DNA of 40,870 nt from a virus (lineage: Duplodnaviria; Heunggongvirae; Uroviricota; Caudoviricetes): IMG/VR virus record IMGVR_UViG_2917413769_000003, positions 1-40,870 of that record; one strand, 5' to 3'. A program made the position numbers and the translations under genes. This document shows, in pieces, positions 20,303-28,468 of the stretch (its first letter is position 1; each line of letters begins with the position of its first letter). Below the pieces are notes generated by a model. The model was not told the origin of the DNA. It saw only the letters and a list, made by a program, of their open reading frames with translations, and searched no databases.

Positions 20303-20803
20303 TCATCTCCTGCGCGTTTCACCAGACCGGGCAAAAACGCGACCGCCGCCGTAAATCCAGCGGGGAAACTGGTAGCACGCCGCTTTCACATCCCCATTTC
20401 TGAGCAGCGAGAACATCGTGGATTTGCGCATATTGCCGCATCCTGATCGGAACGTGACCGATACCGCGGCGCTGAAAGTGTTATCAGACAGTTTTCGCCC
20501 GTTGCCGTAGCGGTTAACGCAGGACTCGGCATCCAGAATATTGGTTTCCCATTCTGCGGCGATCTGCTGGTCGTTCTTTAAGGTGCCTTGCTTAACCCCA
20601 TGAGTATTACCCATGCCGTCAGTCAGCACACCAGCCGGACAGACATAGGGGTCACGACGGCACGACTCAGCATTGCCAATTAACTCCAGACCCCGCTCAT
20701 TCGTCCGAACATGCCCGGCATTGAGCACTATCGCAATAATCGTGGCGACGGAACATACAACACCGGCAACGCCGTTTTTCTTACTCAGTTTCAACTGTGC
20801 CAC
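20303..20803 (-). CDS. SAR endolysin (phage P1 Lyz-like lysozyme)
   Basis: N-terminal Gly/Ala-rich weakly hydrophobic segment (GVAGVVCSVATIIAIVLNAG) then VRTNERGLELIGNAESCRRDPYVCPAGVLTDGMGNTHGV, closely resembling P1 Lyz catalytic region as recalled. Confidence 0.8.
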   Translation of the reverse strand: MAQLKLSKKNGVAGVVCSVATIIAIVLNAGHVRTNERGLELIGNAESCRRDPYVCPAGVLTDGMGNTHGVKQGTLKNDQQIAAEWETNILDAESCVNRYGNGRKLSDNTFSAAVSVTFRSGCGNMRKSTMFSLLRNGDVKAACYQFPRWIYGGGRVFARSGETRRR

Positions 20804-21101
20804 TGGAGATTCTCCGCATCGCCTCCGTTACCACCTCGGCGGCAGCCGGACGATCGGAGTGTGGTTTTTTACCAACATCAGTTAAATAGTTCGCCAGCAG
20901 CTGGGTTCTTTTCCTTTCCTCAGCCATACGCTCACGCTCTTCTTTACGTTTTGCGTAGTAGGTCTTTATCGTAAAGAACGCCGATACGAGGGCGCCGATG
21001 ATAAATACGTAGTCCTGTAAGCTGAGCAAAGAAAACAACCCTAATGCAGCCGACCACCAGTACGGCAGGTCATGTCCATTTGTTGGGTTCATACGTTGCA
21101 T
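20781..21101 (-). CDS. Holin (class II, two TM), possible dual-start holin/antiholin
   Basis: 106 aa; two hydrophobic helices; starts M-Q-R-M; RBS GGAGGTG; overlaps endolysin start. Confidence 0.6.
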   Translation of the reverse strand: MQRMNPTNGHDLPYWWSAALGLFSLLSLQDYVFIIGALVSAFFTIKTYYAKRKEERERMAEERKRTQLLANYLTDVGKKPHSDRPAAAEVVTEAMRRISSGTVETE

Positions 21102-21135
21102 TCCACACCTCCGGGGATAGCGGGGTGCTGTGATG

Positions 21136-21160
21136 TAAAAAGACGCCCGCCGAAGCGGGC
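21136..21160 (-). terminator. Rho-independent terminator between accessory cluster and holin
   Basis: Minus strand GCCCGC-TTCG-GCGGGC followed by GTCTTTTTAC; about 35 nt upstream of holin start. Confidence 0.6.
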
Positions 21161-21175
21161 AAAATGAGGGTTAAC

Positions 21176-21790
21176 TCAGAAACGCCTGAAAGCGTAGGTA
21201 CCAACCCCTTTGCGCCCGAGCTCGCACTCGATTTCGTTGTGCTCCACGCATTCGAAGCCCTGCTCCGCAAACCAGCGCCGCAAGCCCTCGTCCGTGAAGT
21301 ACCAGATATGCTCGTCTTTCTTGTAGTGATGTGATGCCAGAATGTCTTCGGCACCTTTGAAGATCGGGATTGAGAGAAACACGAACTGTCCGGCTTGCTG
21401 AACTGCGCTAACCGGGTCGTCGATGTGCTCCAGGCTATCCCAGAATGTCAGCGCGGGAGCGCCTTCAGCGTAGAGATCAACGAAACATCCGTTATCCTTC
21501 AGCCAGGAGACTCCCGCAGGGTTGACGTCGTAGCCGACCGTTTCCGCTCGCGTGGACACGAATTGTCCGGCCCCGATTCCCACATCGAGTACCAGACCGC
21601 GGTAATGGCGACCCACAAGATCGATACGCGCCTGCGTCAGGGCGTAGCCGGTCTCCGTATCGGCATAAGCCTGATACTTTGCAAAATATTGCGAGTTATA
21701 CGGCCTTGCTGGTGGTACCGGATATCGACCGATCCCCAGCTCAGGCAGAAACACCAGCCCGCGTTCCAGTTCCCGATAAAACGACTTCAT
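21176..21790 (-). CDS. Class I SAM-dependent methyltransferase
   Basis: ORF track 21176..21955; start at Met56 (MKSFYRELERG...) assumed; motif I VLDVGIGAGQF. Confidence 0.6.
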   Translation of the reverse strand: MKSFYRELERGLVFLPELGIGRYPVPPARPYNSQYFAKYQAYADTETGYALTQARIDLVGRHYRGLVLDVGIGAGQFVSTRAETVGYDVNPAGVSWLKDNGCFVDLYAEGAPALTFWDSLEHIDDPVSAVQQAGQFVFLSIPIFKGAEDILASHHYKKDEHIWYFTDEGLRRWFAEQGFECVEHNEIECELGRKGVGTYAFRRF

Positions 21791-22637
21791 GGAGCCAGGC
21801 CTCGAATGTGTTAGTGAAATTGGAGATCCGCTTGTCGCAGTGGTGGTCCCACTCCTCACAGCGGCAGTAGTTGTCAGGGATGGCCCAGCCAACCCGCGAC
21901 AGGTCCATAGCCGGATCGGTAACGATTTCCGGGGCGTTGTGGCCGCCACGCCCACCCGCTACAACGTAGACAGGGGTTTTGTAGGCAATCGCCGCAGGAA
22001 GCGCCCAGCCAACAGGCGTAACCACCACAGCAGCATGCTCAACCAGGCGCATCAGCGATTTGAAGCCGAGCTCACCAGCGTGTAAACGCAGATCAGCGTC
22101 CGGCAGCTCACCGACGGCCCATTCCTCGCCGTCCTGCAAGTCAGCCACGCTGATCACGCAGAAATGCTTGCGCAGGATGTGGGAAGCCTTCAGCAGGTAA
22201 TCGGGGTCCGGATTGCGCGAATCGCTGCGCCATTCAGATCGGACGGTTGCCGGGCGTATGACCGCGATCGGCTTTTCGTGCGTGAACTCCGCAGGGCCGA
22301 AGGAAGGGAGATCCAGCGCTGCTGGCTCCGTGCCGAACTGCTGGCGCATTGCGTCAAATATCGAACCGCGCCGCAGGTGGTCTGGCCCGTAGAAAATACG
22401 CTTTGTCTGGCGCATATCCGGCAGCGGGTGGAATACCGACTGCGTGCGGTGCTCGTTCTTCCGCTGGGTTCTCAGCGTGGTATTGCTGCGCACCGGGCGG
22501 ATGGGTAAATCCTCGTACAGCTCCGGCCAGGGCGTTTTGATAAACGAGCCCGCAGGCAGCTGACGGACGAAAGCACGCTGGTAGATGTTGTCACCCATCC
22601 CCAGCATGCCCTCAATGAAAAGGGGTACATTCAGCAT
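21741..22637 (-). CDS. Glycosyltransferase-like protein (GT-B fold, GT9/heptosyltransferase-like motifs)
   Basis: 298 aa; N-terminal GMGDNIYQRAF resembles GT9 SxGD motif and C-terminal TPVGWALPAAIAYKTPVYVVAGG resembles the GT9 donor-binding region; from memory. Confidence 0.45.
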   Translation of the reverse strand: MLNVPLFIEGMLGMGDNIYQRAFVRQLPAGSFIKTPWPELYEDLPIRPVRSNTTLRTQRKNEHRTQSVFHPLPDMRQTKRIFYGPDHLRRGSIFDAMRQQFGTEPAALDLPSFGPAEFTHEKPIAVIRPATVRSEWRSDSRNPDPDYLLKASHILRKHFCVISVADLQDGEEWAVGELPDADLRLHAGELGFKSLMRLVEHAAVVVTPVGWALPAAIAYKTPVYVVAGGRGGHNAPEIVTDPAMDLSRVGWAIPDNYCRCEEWDHHCDKRISNFTNTFEAWLHEVVLSGTGTRAGVSA

Positions 22638-23182
22638 GTGGCCTCGCGTAGCGCCTCGTCGAGTGACTGACGCCGAAAGCAGTTAAGCGCCGTCTGGCGG
22701 CTGCTGTTGGTGATATTGACTTTGCCGCGAAGCAGCTGCGCGACGCGAGCAAACTCACCGTGCCAGCGCTTCACATTCGCCGCTGTCGGGTTGTCCAGAC
22801 AGGTGTGGTCTCCATGCCAGTGGCTGCCATCTGTGATGGAGCAGTCGAAGCCCAGCAGGATGATGCGCTTTGCACCCAGCCAGTGGGCAAACAGAATCGC
22901 CCTCTGCCCTGAATTGAAGGTGCCAGTGGTATCTGTCGGGAACAGGTTCAGACCATGCCTGGTGTGCGCCCTGCGGTTGCATGTCCAGCGCTCAGGCCCA
23001 TCAGGTAGCGCGGGGATGTTCATATCCCACCAGCGGAGATCGCCCGCGTAGATGTGAGAGCAGCCCGGTACCGCACGCCATGATGAATTAACCGCGATGA
23101 CCGGCAGGCCAGAACGGCATGCTGCGGTACAGTCAGCGACAGTGAGAGAGGGACCAGAAGCGCAGATGATCGCCGCATCCAT
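22631..23182 (-). CDS. Maf/DUF115 (MptE-like) family protein
   Basis: ORF track 22631..23194; motifs IICASGPSL, PVIAVNSS and RIILLGFDCS match DUF115/Maf conserved blocks as recalled. Confidence 0.5.
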   Translation of the reverse strand: MDAAIICASGPSLTVADCTAACRSGLPVIAVNSSWRAVPGCSHIYAGDLRWWDMNIPALPDGPERWTCNRRAHTRHGLNLFPTDTTGTFNSGQRAILFAHWLGAKRIILLGFDCSITDGSHWHGDHTCLDNPTAANVKRWHGEFARVAQLLRGKVNITNSSRQTALNCFRRQSLDEALREATC

Positions 23183-23194
23183 CCCAACCCCCAT

Positions 23195-23508
23195 AATTTG
23201 TTAAAAAACGGCCTGATTTAACATAATGTACGTTATCGGCACCACGCGATCGGCACTCGTCGCTGGATTGCGGCGAAGGGCATGTTTACGCGGATTAAGT
23301 GGCCTGAAACGGACAAAAACGAGTGAATAAATCGTGCATAAAACAGGGTGCAAATTGCATAGCGTTTTTTCGCAGCAAAAGCCCTGTTTTATTAACTTTT
23401 CCCCAGGAAGGAGAAAAGAAAAAGGCCCTCATGCGAGAGCCTCTTAGTGATGAACTGTTTTCAACAGATATCAGGCTAATCGGCTTTTTGGAATTCCACA
23501 ACTATTTT
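23195..23508 (-). promoter_or_regulatory. AT-rich intergenic region, candidate late promoter (PR'-like) / Q-utilisation region
   Basis: 314 bp non-coding, AT-rich, downstream of Q and upstream of late-oriented genes; no convincing -35/-10 pair pinned down. Confidence 0.3.
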
Positions 23509-23850
23509 TTATCTTACCTTGATACCTGAGGCCGTCAGGTGCTTACGGCAGTCCTGAATACCCTCGTTATAACCCGCATCGTAGAAGCTATCGGGCTTTG
23601 CTTTTAACGCAGGAAGAGTGACGCTGGTAGCTTTCCGTTCAGCAGCTACGCCCGCCTGAAAAAGCTCCCACATCAGCTGCACCGCAGGCTCGAAGAACTC
23701 GACATCTTCGCTATACAGCTCGCGCTCCATCCTGAAGCCAAGCTGAGCTTTCATTGACGATCCGATATCACCTTTGATCCGCAAGGAGAGGTCCGGGTAT
23801 TGCTGTTCCATGTAACTTTCAAATCGATTGCGAACACTGATCAGAGCCAT
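23509..23850 (-). CDS. Hypothetical protein downstream of Q
   Basis: 113 aa ORF, no recognisable motifs. Confidence 0.4.
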   Translation of the reverse strand: MALISVRNRFESYMEQQYPDLSLRIKGDIGSSMKAQLGFRMERELYSEDVEFFEPAVQLMWELFQAGVAAERKATSVTLPALKAKPDSFYDAGYNEGIQDCRKHLTASGIKVR

Positions 23851-23881
23851 CTGGTTCCCTTACATGATTGATATCCGTCTA

Positions 23882-24304
23882 TTATGCCGCTGGGCGGTTT
23901 CTGTGCAAAGTCCTAAGCATCTGAGGCTTTGACTGTACCGACTGATCCATTTCGAGAACCACGTCCAGCATCGCCAGGCAACCGTCGATAAATCCCTCTG
24001 CGGCCTGGAGCCTCTTCAGAACGTGGGTATGCGATACGCCGAGCTTCTCGCCCATCGCCCGTACTGGCATGGCCTGAACGTAATGCCACTCAAGCAGTGT
24101 GCACAGATACGGATCTTTTTTCTTCAGGCAGTTCATAGCGGAGCTGATGATCAGACCGTCGTTGTCGCTGCACTTAAGCCGTCCGGCTTGCGTTGTGGGT
24201 AGCAGATTCTTAAATCCTGCAGCTACAGGGGGAAAGTAAATACTACCGCCTTCACTCGCAGCCCAGCCACCCCATCGATCTAAAACCTGTTGAATATTAC
24301 GCAT
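23882..24304 (-). CDS. Late-gene antitermination protein Q (E. coli QuuD-like)
   Basis: N-terminus MRNIQQVLDRWGGWAAS...VAAGFKNL closely resembles QuuD MRDIQMVLERWGAWAA...IAAGFKGL as recalled; located upstream of lysis cassette. Confidence 0.8.
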   Translation of the reverse strand: MRNIQQVLDRWGGWAASEGGSIYFPPVAAGFKNLLPTTQAGRLKCSDNDGLIISSAMNCLKKKDPYLCTLLEWHYVQAMPVRAMGEKLGVSHTHVLKRLQAAEGFIDGCLAMLDVVLEMDQSVQSKPQMLRTLHRNRPAA

Positions 24305-24435
24305 AGCTCTGACCTCTACGTTTTGCTACGAAAAAATTTTCAGGGAACCGCGTCCGCCTCTCCGTGGGCGTGGATAACGCAGTCCCGATTTGCGTATTGC
24401 ACGTCTCAACATGCAAAAAGTTACTTATTCGGAGT

Positions 24436-24623
24436 GGAACCACCTGCCCCCACCTGGAACCACCTTTTTCTAACCTTTCCCCCAATCGACTTATATATAT
24501 ATATGGGGTTTCTAATAGAAAGGTGGTTCCAGTGGTTCCAGTAGTTCCGCACCGCTTGCCGCAAGGGCTGCGAGGTGGAACCACCTTCGCTTTTAGGTGG
24601 TTCCACGTGGTTCCAGCGGTTCC
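24436..24623. repeat. Iteron array (GGTGGTTCC / GGAACCACC, about 9 copies in both orientations) flanking a (TA)n tract; putative replication origin
   Basis: Copies at about 24436, 24456, 24522, 24532, 24574, 24596, 24607, 24615; TATATATATATAT at 24491..24504; directly 3' of the primase-helicase gene. Confidence 0.5.
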
Positions 24624-26779
24624 CAAACCTTGCATTTTTTCCCCTCAATTCGCCGTTGAGCACGCTTATAGCCGCAATTTTGCAAAACATTGCTAATTCG
24701 CATTTCTTCGCGTTTTCCGATGTGGCTGGGATTTAAACCAATCGCATCGCGCAGAACGTCGCTAGCGCGTAAAAATTCGCAATTTCGCGGAATGTCGTTA
24801 GTCATCAGGTCGGGTGTGTCGAGCCATTTCTCGACCGTTTCGAGCCACGCATCCTTAATGGTGTACTGCTCGTGGACACTCGCGCCGAGACGCTCAGCAT
24901 CGCGGAACTGGATGCCGCCGAGGCGCTTAAACGTCTCGCGAGCCTCCGCCCATAGCAAAAGGAGGTCGGTTTTTATCGCTTTCACGTCGACTTTCGACAC
25001 CTCCACGGGAAGCCAGCGACGGTTACCGGTCTTGTCTGCGAGGAATTCGTCCTCGTTGGTGGTGCCGACGAACACCAGGCGACGCGGGAACTGTGTAGCG
25101 AACTCACGATACTTAGGGATCCAGTTCTCATGTGTACGCGTCACGAATGCCTTAATGCTTTCCAGCTCTTTGGTATTGAGGCCGCGCAGCTCGCCAATCT
25201 CCGCCACCAGCCGCCCGCGCATCTTGCGTGCGAGATCGTCATCTTTCTCAGCGAAAGATATCTCGGTGAAGAATGCCGGGTCGGGGCTCAACGCCTCCAC
25301 GCCGGAGGATTTACCGCAGCCCTGAGGCCCGACGAGGATCGGCACCATATCGGCTTTGACGCCAGGCTCCAGCACCCTGCCCGCCAGCGCCGTCCACATG
25401 TACATGGACACCGCACGGGTGTATGCCGTGTCGGCAGTACCGAAGTGCGTGTGGTAGAAAGATTCGATACGCGGCACGCCGTCCCACTCCAGTCCGTTCA
25501 GCCAGGTTGTCGCGGAGTCGAAGGGCTGTTCGTCAGCGGCCAGCAGCACGACGTCGCGAATGAGCTCGCGCCCCACAGGTTTGAAGCCGCGCTTTTCCAT
25601 CGTGATGCGCAGGCGTGCATAGTCGGCATCGGTGAACGCCTGCCACTGGCCGGAGCCCGCAGAGGAAAACATGATTTCGTCGCGGAACTGGTCAAAGCGG
25701 ATATCGATGTCCACGAAGTCAGGGCGTACAACCGCTTTGGCTGCATTGCTGATGGTCGACTCGATGCGCCCCCATTTATCACGTTCGAACGCTGGCAGCG
25801 GTAACGGCTCGGCTACTTCGGTGCTGGTCAGGTCCTCGAAATCGTCGTTGCGGATCCCAATAGCATTAAGGAAATCGCCGTCGTCGCGGTGTGCGCAGCT
25901 GGCGTGCAGGCATTTGAAATGACCCTGCTCAAAGCCCGCGGTACCACCCGGGAAGTAAACCGTGCTCGTCGGGTCGCCGCCAGTACTGTGGCCGTCCTCG
26001 AACGGGCAGCGGATATAGCGCTCGCCGTTCGCACCATCCAGCAGCGTCCAGCCATTGGCGTCCAGATAATCCGCCGTCTCATCAGTAGCACCGGGCGTGA
26101 ACGTCGAACGGTCGCGCATCTTCGTACTACCCGCTTCTGTGGTGACCGACACAGGCAGCTGATCCGCCAGGCGCTGCCACAGCGTTTCGAGTTGGTCAGC
26201 AGTAATGACAGGCGGTTCATCCGGCAGATCACCGTCCCACTCAATCCGGGCGCCGCTGCTGTGTGTACCGCAGGCAACGAACTGCTGCCCATTGGCCAGC
26301 AGCTCAACGATGCCCAAATCGCCCGCCAGGCGGTGAATGCGTTTACGGAAATCGCCGTCGACAGCCAGCAGGTACAGGCATTTATTGCTGTTGGCACGCC
26401 AACGCCGCGGCGGCAGTTCGCCCAGCAACTGCACCAGCGTGTTGCGAATATCGGCCTGGATGTCTTCGTCTTCGCTGTCGCAGTCCAGCGCCAACCAGCC
26501 AAAGCCGGTGCGCACACAGATCCCGTAATCAGGCTCTCTGGACCAGCGGGCAAAGTCATGCTCAGTGACGACATGCTCGGTCCACTGAGCAATACCGGTA
26601 ACCAGGCGGTCACGGTTATAGCGGCTCGGCGTCTTGCCCAGCGCTTTCAGTTTACTGTCGGGGGAAATGGCCGCGCCCGGGTTGCACACGACCGGCAGCA
26701 GCTGGTCAGTACGACCCAGCACCAGATCGAAGTGGAACCATTCGTCAGGCGTCGCCCCCCAGTTCTTATTCTCTGGCAT
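24593..26779 (-). CDS. Bifunctional primase-polymerase (AEP) / SF3 helicase replication protein
   Basis: 728 aa; N-terminal AEP-like motifs (WLALDCD; ACGTHSSG) and C-terminal Walker A GPQGCGKSS; start 3 nt after cro stop. Confidence 0.75.
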   Translation of the reverse strand: MPENKNWGATPDEWFHFDLVLGRTDQLLPVVCNPGAAISPDSKLKALGKTPSRYNRDRLVTGIAQWTEHVVTEHDFARWSREPDYGICVRTGFGWLALDCDSEDEDIQADIRNTLVQLLGELPPRRWRANSNKCLYLLAVDGDFRKRIHRLAGDLGIVELLANGQQFVACGTHSSGARIEWDGDLPDEPPVITADQLETLWQRLADQLPVSVTTEAGSTKMRDRSTFTPGATDETADYLDANGWTLLDGANGERYIRCPFEDGHSTGGDPTSTVYFPGGTAGFEQGHFKCLHASCAHRDDGDFLNAIGIRNDDFEDLTSTEVAEPLPLPAFERDKWGRIESTISNAAKAVVRPDFVDIDIRFDQFRDEIMFSSAGSGQWQAFTDADYARLRITMEKRGFKPVGRELIRDVVLLAADEQPFDSATTWLNGLEWDGVPRIESFYHTHFGTADTAYTRAVSMYMWTALAGRVLEPGVKADMVPILVGPQGCGKSSGVEALSPDPAFFTEISFAEKDDDLARKMRGRLVAEIGELRGLNTKELESIKAFVTRTHENWIPKYREFATQFPRRLVFVGTTNEDEFLADKTGNRRWLPVEVSKVDVKAIKTDLLLLWAEARETFKRLGGIQFRDAERLGASVHEQYTIKDAWLETVEKWLDTPDLMTNDIPRNCEFLRASDVLRDAIGLNPSHIGKREEMRISNVLQNCGYKRAQRRIEGKKCKVWEPLEPRGTT

Positions 26780-26782
26780 GGG

Positions 26783-26983
26783 TTACGCCTTTTGTTTAGC
26801 CGTCTCTTCCTGAAAAAGCTTTTCTATCGCACGTACCGTAGAAAAGCGGGGGTCAGAGTGAACCCCGGTAAGAAGCCGACTAATAGAAGATTGCTTCACT
26901 CCTGCAATTTCGGCAATCTGGCTTTGGGTGTAGCCTGAGTCAATCAGGCTTTTGACCATTTCTTGGGGTGTTAGTCCGGACAT
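26783..26983 (-). CDS. Cro-like HTH (XRE family) regulator
   Basis: 66 aa, HTH (YTQSQIAEIAGVKQSSISRL), divergent from CI-like repressor; RBS GGAGA. Confidence 0.7.
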   Translation of the reverse strand: MSGLTPQEMVKSLIDSGYTQSQIAEIAGVKQSSISRLLTGVHSDPRFSTVRAIEKLFQEETAKQKA

Positions 26984-27124
26984 ATTTAAGTCTCCGCTTT
27001 TGTCTATAGAGCAAATCTATACGAAAACGGATTATTCAGCAATACAGCAATGTCATATCAATCTGGATTAAAATATCCGATAACGCATAATCACCGTCCC
27101 TGTCTTCTACATGGATGAATCCAA
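26984..27124. promoter_or_regulatory. Immunity switch region (divergent cI and cro promoters/operators)
   Basis: 141 bp AT-rich between divergent repressor genes; contains TCTATAGAGCAAATCTATA and CAGCAAT direct repeats. Confidence 0.5.
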
Positions 27125-27799
27125 ATGATTGATACCACCGATATCCTTTCTCAAAACATCAAGTACCTGATGGACAAAGCCAAGATAAGCTCGATAACCG
27201 AGCTAGCTCGTCGGTTACAACTGAATCAGCCAACATTACACAGGCTGGTATCTGGGGAAGTGAAAGACCCGAAATACGCAACGCTGAAGCAGATCGCCGA
27301 TTACTTCCGAGTGTCCCCGATTGACCTGGCGGAAAAGAGCCTTCAGGAGATGAGTAACGGAGGCGACGCCAATACAACAACCTACATATCTCTTCGATTT
27401 AATAAGGTGCCGGTCTTGGGAAATACTCAGCTTGGTGTTGGGGGACTTTGGAGCGACACTCCGTATTCGGTGGGCAGCAGCGATGGCTTCATCTACTGGC
27501 CGACAAAAGATGAAGATGCATATGCTCTGAAATGCGTTGGCGACTCAATGATGCCAAGAATTAAAGAGGGGGAATTCGTAATCGTCGAACCCAACCATGA
27601 CTACGCCCCGGGGGATGAAGTTCTTGTCGTTACGCAGGATGGTGAAGTTATGGTTAAAACTTTCCTGTTCGAGCGCGATGGTCTGTTTCACCTGATGTCC
27701 GTAAACGAAGACCACCCACCAATTAGGGTATCACGCGAAAACATCGAGAAAATCCATTACGTGGCTGGAATTGCTAAATCCGCCCTACGCATGTACTAG
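27125..27799 (+). CDS. CI-like repressor (HTH + S24 LexA-type peptidase domain)
   Basis: 224 aa; N-terminal HTH; C-terminal KCVGDSMMPRI (Ser nucleophile) and VMVKTF (Lys). Confidence 0.8.
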   Translation: MIDTTDILSQNIKYLMDKAKISSITELARRLQLNQPTLHRLVSGEVKDPKYATLKQIADYFRVSPIDLAEKSLQEMSNGGDANTTTYISLRFNKVPVLGNTQLGVGGLWSDTPYSVGSSDGFIYWPTKDEDAYALKCVGDSMMPRIKEGEFVIVEPNHDYAPGDEVLVVTQDGEVMVKTFLFERDGLFHLMSVNEDHPPIRVSRENIEKIHYVAGIAKSALRMY

Positions 27800-27829
27800 C
27801 GCCCACAGCACGACAATCCGTTTCTAACT

Positions 27830-27860
27830 AAACCGCTCAATACATGGGCGGTTTTCTTAT
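27830..27860 (+). terminator. Putative terminator downstream of cI
   Basis: AAACCGC - 11-nt loop - GCGGTTT followed by TCTTAT. Confidence 0.4.
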
Positions 27861-27883
27861 ACGCAAAATAATTCATTTTCGCA

Positions 27884-27912
27884 TTGACACAAAATCCCAT
27901 TACGCATATAAA
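27884..27912 (+). promoter_or_regulatory. Near-consensus sigma70 promoter (TTGACA - 17 nt - TATAAA) reading rightward
   Basis: -35 TTGACA at 27884..27889, 17-nt spacer, -10 TATAAA at 27907..27912. Confidence 0.55.
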
Positions 27913-28234
27913 TACGATATCGCATAAACAATGCGTTTTGTAATCGCTCTTTAACAAACTGAACCGCGTGACAGGCAAGCCGCTGTGCTCCTGGCAACAA
28001 AATAGCACCCGATGGGATCGAGGTAAGCGCCGAGTCCGTATGCGTACGGTAAGCGTAGAGGACCACACCGCGGCGAGCTGATAAGTCACGCAAGTTGAAA
28101 CGCCCCGACGATGGGGCGCTTAGTTCCCTTTGGGGTGCGGTGAATTGCAGTCCACCGAGACAAGCCGAAGCTCAGCATCGGCCACCGCACCACCAAAGTG
28201 AACTGACCAAGTGAAACTAACAGAGAGGTAAAAC

Positions 28235-28345
28235 ATGCGTTACATCAAAATCGACAAAGGTCCTAACCGTGCACAGCGTCGTAAATCACGTCACGACACG
28301 ACAGTATCAGTAACCGGGAGCAAAGACGCGCAGCACACCGGATGA
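28235..28345 (+). CDS. Small basic ORF (36 aa) with arginine-rich motif
   Basis: RBS GAGAGG; MRYIKIDKGPNRAQRRKSRHDTTVSVTGSKDAQHTG; below ORF-track size cut-off, found by manual translation. Confidence 0.3.
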   Translation: MRYIKIDKGPNRAQRRKSRHDTTVSVTGSKDAQHTG

Positions 28346-28468
28346 ACCGCCCAGAGCGGTTGGAGATGGTGAGCTCGGGCCATCTCAAACTGTGTAACTT
28401 CTTCAAAATCAGTTAACCCCAGCCGCATCCACCATCCCCTGAATCATCCATTGCTGTGTGTAGTCTTT

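Noticed and set aside
24436-24623. Possible CRISPR array
   Set aside because: Repeats are only about 9 bp, irregularly spaced, in both orientations and without unique spacers; iterons fit better
24297-24696. Small ORFs on both strands across the iteron region
   Set aside because: Their coding potential derives from the GGTGGTTCC repeats and (TA)n tract; better explained as a non-coding origin or binding-site array
25130-26938. Plus- and minus-strand alternative-frame ORFs within the primase-helicase gene (e.g. 25130..25804, 25889..26938, 25828..26613)
   Set aside because: All nested within one long ORF carrying AEP and Walker A motifs; their translations are Arg/Ala/Cys-rich and lack motifs
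27796-28093. Minus-strand ORFs 27796..28089 and 27857..28093 downstream of cI
   Set aside because: Cys-rich implausible translations overlapping the predicted promoter and leader; no RBS
27920-28230. tRNA or tmRNA gene in the structured leader
   Set aside because: No T-loop consensus (GGTTCGANTCC-like) or cloverleaf-compatible arrangement found by eye; would need tRNAscan-SE to exclude fully
28235-28345. Calling the 36-aa arginine-rich ORF a lambda N orthologue
   Set aside because: Too short to carry N's NusA- and RNAP-binding regions; kept only as a low-confidence feature and finding
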